Positions 61,970 to 64,000 of a stretch of DNA of 64,000 nt are shown in pieces; position 1 is the first letter of the stretch; every line of letters begins with the position of its first letter. The position numbers and the translations under genes are program-made. The DNA comes from Felis catus. Its lineage: Eukaryota. The stretch spans positions 26,786,001 through 26,850,000 of the forward strand of contig NC_058369.1 of the NCBI RefSeq assembly GCF_018350175.1. Direction: 5' to 3'. The notes below the pieces were generated by a model. That model did not search any database. It saw nothing but the letters and a program-made list of their open reading frames with translations, and had not been told where the DNA came from.

Positions 61970-62365
61970 CATGTCCGCATGTGACAGAGCTGCTTCTCTT
62001 AGGGGCAGCTCCATAGCGTGATCCAGGATGAAGAGTAGCATGGAATTATTTATTTAGTTAATCATTTACTTAAGTCTGGTTAGGAAGGTGAATTGGCTAT
62101 AATCAGAAATTATGACCCAAATTGTTACAGTTTCTTAATGTGGACTATTTAACAAACTTAACAAGTACCAACTATATATGATATGCTAAGTCAGGCGTAC
62201 GAAGAGATGGTGAAAGATTCGTGCACTGGAGAAGTGTATAATCTGATCATTAATATCACATTTTCCTTTATTTGATAAGATGTTAAGTAAAAAACAAGCA
62301 AAACTCTGGCATTCAGAGATGCTCAAATATAATTCAGAAATATCATTACTTAAAATGAAAAGTTA

Positions 62366-62561
62366 GGGGAGTCTGGGTGGCTCGGTCAGTTAAGAGTCCG
62401 ACTCTTGATTTCGGCTCAGGTTATGATCTTATGGTCATGAGATTGAGTCCCACTTTGGGCTCCGCATTGGGCGTGGAGCTTAAGACTCTCTCTCTCCCTC
62501 TTCCTCTGCCCCTCCTCTGCTACCACTCTCTCACATGTGCTTTCTCTCAAAAAAATGAAAA
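62366..62561 (+). mobile_element. Can-SINE (older)
   Basis: TSD aatgaaaagtta. Confidence 0.9.
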
Positions 62562-63487
62562 TAATGAAAAGTTAAACATACTTTCGTCATTAAACTTTTT
62601 TCCTAAGTACCTAATATAGTAGGAAATACATATGGGGTACCTAATGTCAAGTTTGCATAAATAAAGTGGATGTTTACTCTTAAAATAGGAGTGTATAATG
62701 GTAACTGAATTAAATTTAGAAATGTTAATTGAAAGCTAATTCTCCATTCAAGACACACCATTTAAGTTTAACAACAGCTTCACTTAGAAGGTCATTTTAT
62801 ACTAGTAAAAATAGCTATAAAGTTCCGTTATCAAAAATTACAAATAATTAATCTTAAAGGCATTAGTACAAGGCAGACTCTGTAAACTGTTCCATTTGTT
62901 ATAGTACCACACATGCTACAGAAGAGCCCGATTAATTTTTAATTGAAGGGCATTGTACAAGAAATACATTAAAAGAGTCTTCTGTTTCTTCCAATTAAAA
63001 CTATCATTTTTCCTTTTAAAAAGCAATTATAACACGTTAAATTTGTTTTATTTCTAAAAAAAAAAAACTTACATAAATGTAGGTAAAGGGAGCTTGTCTT
63101 TAGTCACTGAGCCTCTGGTAGAGGAGAAATCTTTCTCAGATCCACCTGAGAAAGGTTACCAGAAGTGATTTGATTTTATTGATAACATGATTATGTGCAT
63201 AGATGCTAAGGGCATTACACAGAAGTATAGGCCAACAAGAGACCTTGTTTTAGAACAAAGTCATGTTCCTGCAAATCAGATATATCCATCTCACAAAGTC
63301 AATATCCTTAAAAAAGAGATGGACCATGTCTCCTGTAGTAAAAATAACCTACAGTTTCAGGCATATTTCTCTGGCTCACCTTACTTAGTTCACCTCATTT
63401 GTAAGCATATACATTTTTGAGGAAATAATTTAAAAAAAAACTCTACTGTTTAAAAAAAACAGGAACTATGAGGAAATCATAATTTTA

Positions 63488-63701
63488 TCAACTTTTTTTT
63501 TTTTTTTTTTATTCTTGGGACAGAGAGACACAGAGCATGAACGGGGGAGGGGCAGAGAGAGAGGGAGACACAGAATCGGAAAAAGGCTCCAGGCTCTGAG
63601 CCATCAGCCCAGAGCCCGATGCGGGGCTCGAACCCACGGACCGCGAGATCGTGACCTGGCTGAAGTCGGACACTTAACCGACTGCGCCACCCAGGCGCCC
63701 C
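63488..63701 (-). mobile_element. Young Can-SINE (SINEC_Fc)
   Basis: Perfect TSD aggaaatcataatttta at 63471-63487 and 63702-63718. Confidence 0.96.
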
Positions 63702-64000
63702 AGGAAATCATAATTTTAAAATGGTAGCAAATTCATTAAAATTATTTCAAAAAGATTATCCCTTCTCTTTCAGGTTCTGTTTCTTATTTTAGAAAGAAAC
63801 ACTGGCAAACCATTTTAAAATTAATCACCTTCCATCTATAATTTCTATGATTTGGTTTATGTGTTAGAAATCTAAAATATACATGCAGTAGCTTGAAGTG
63901 GTAGCTAAAGCAGAGCCTGTGAAAGTTTGCGAAGCTAAATCAAAAGGAGAAAATCCAGTACGAAGAACAGATCTTTTCATAACTTTTTTTTTTTTTTTTT

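Larger units (their letters stand above)
56887..64000 (-). other. CFAP20DC: Part of the intron upstream of the 73-nt CFAP20DC exon
   Basis: Ends at the AG acceptor at 56887-56888. The preceding exon (EFDKEVKSFVFVLEG...) was not seen, so it presumably lies beyond 64000. Confidence 0.7.

Overview
Mammalian, felid (cat-family) genomic DNA, judged from about 25 tRNA-derived Can-SINEs including near-identical young SINEC_Fc copies and felid L1 3' ends. The window lies inside the minus-strand ciliary gene CFAP20DC (C3orf67). Only one coding exon is present, 73 nt at 56814-56886 ([24 protein letters not shown]); the rest is intronic and repeat-rich (Can-SINE, L1, L2, MIR, MaLR/ERVL LTRs, hAT MITEs). 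Nearly all ORFs in the supplied track are spurious. The main find is a ~1.45 kb processed pseudogene (12418-13870, minus) inserted into an L2 tail with decayed TSDs. It derives from a divergent NCOA5 paralogue rather than NCOA5 itself and appears to preserve an 18-nt intron remnant from an alternative acceptor. Smaller finds are a tailless 31-nt U6 retrocopy with a perfect 15-bp TSD, three SINEs stacked at one target site, a ~40-bp locally templated insertion, micro-L1 insertions and inverted SINEs around the exon. Repeat subfamily names and protein alignments are from recalled consensus or reference sequences, not from a search.
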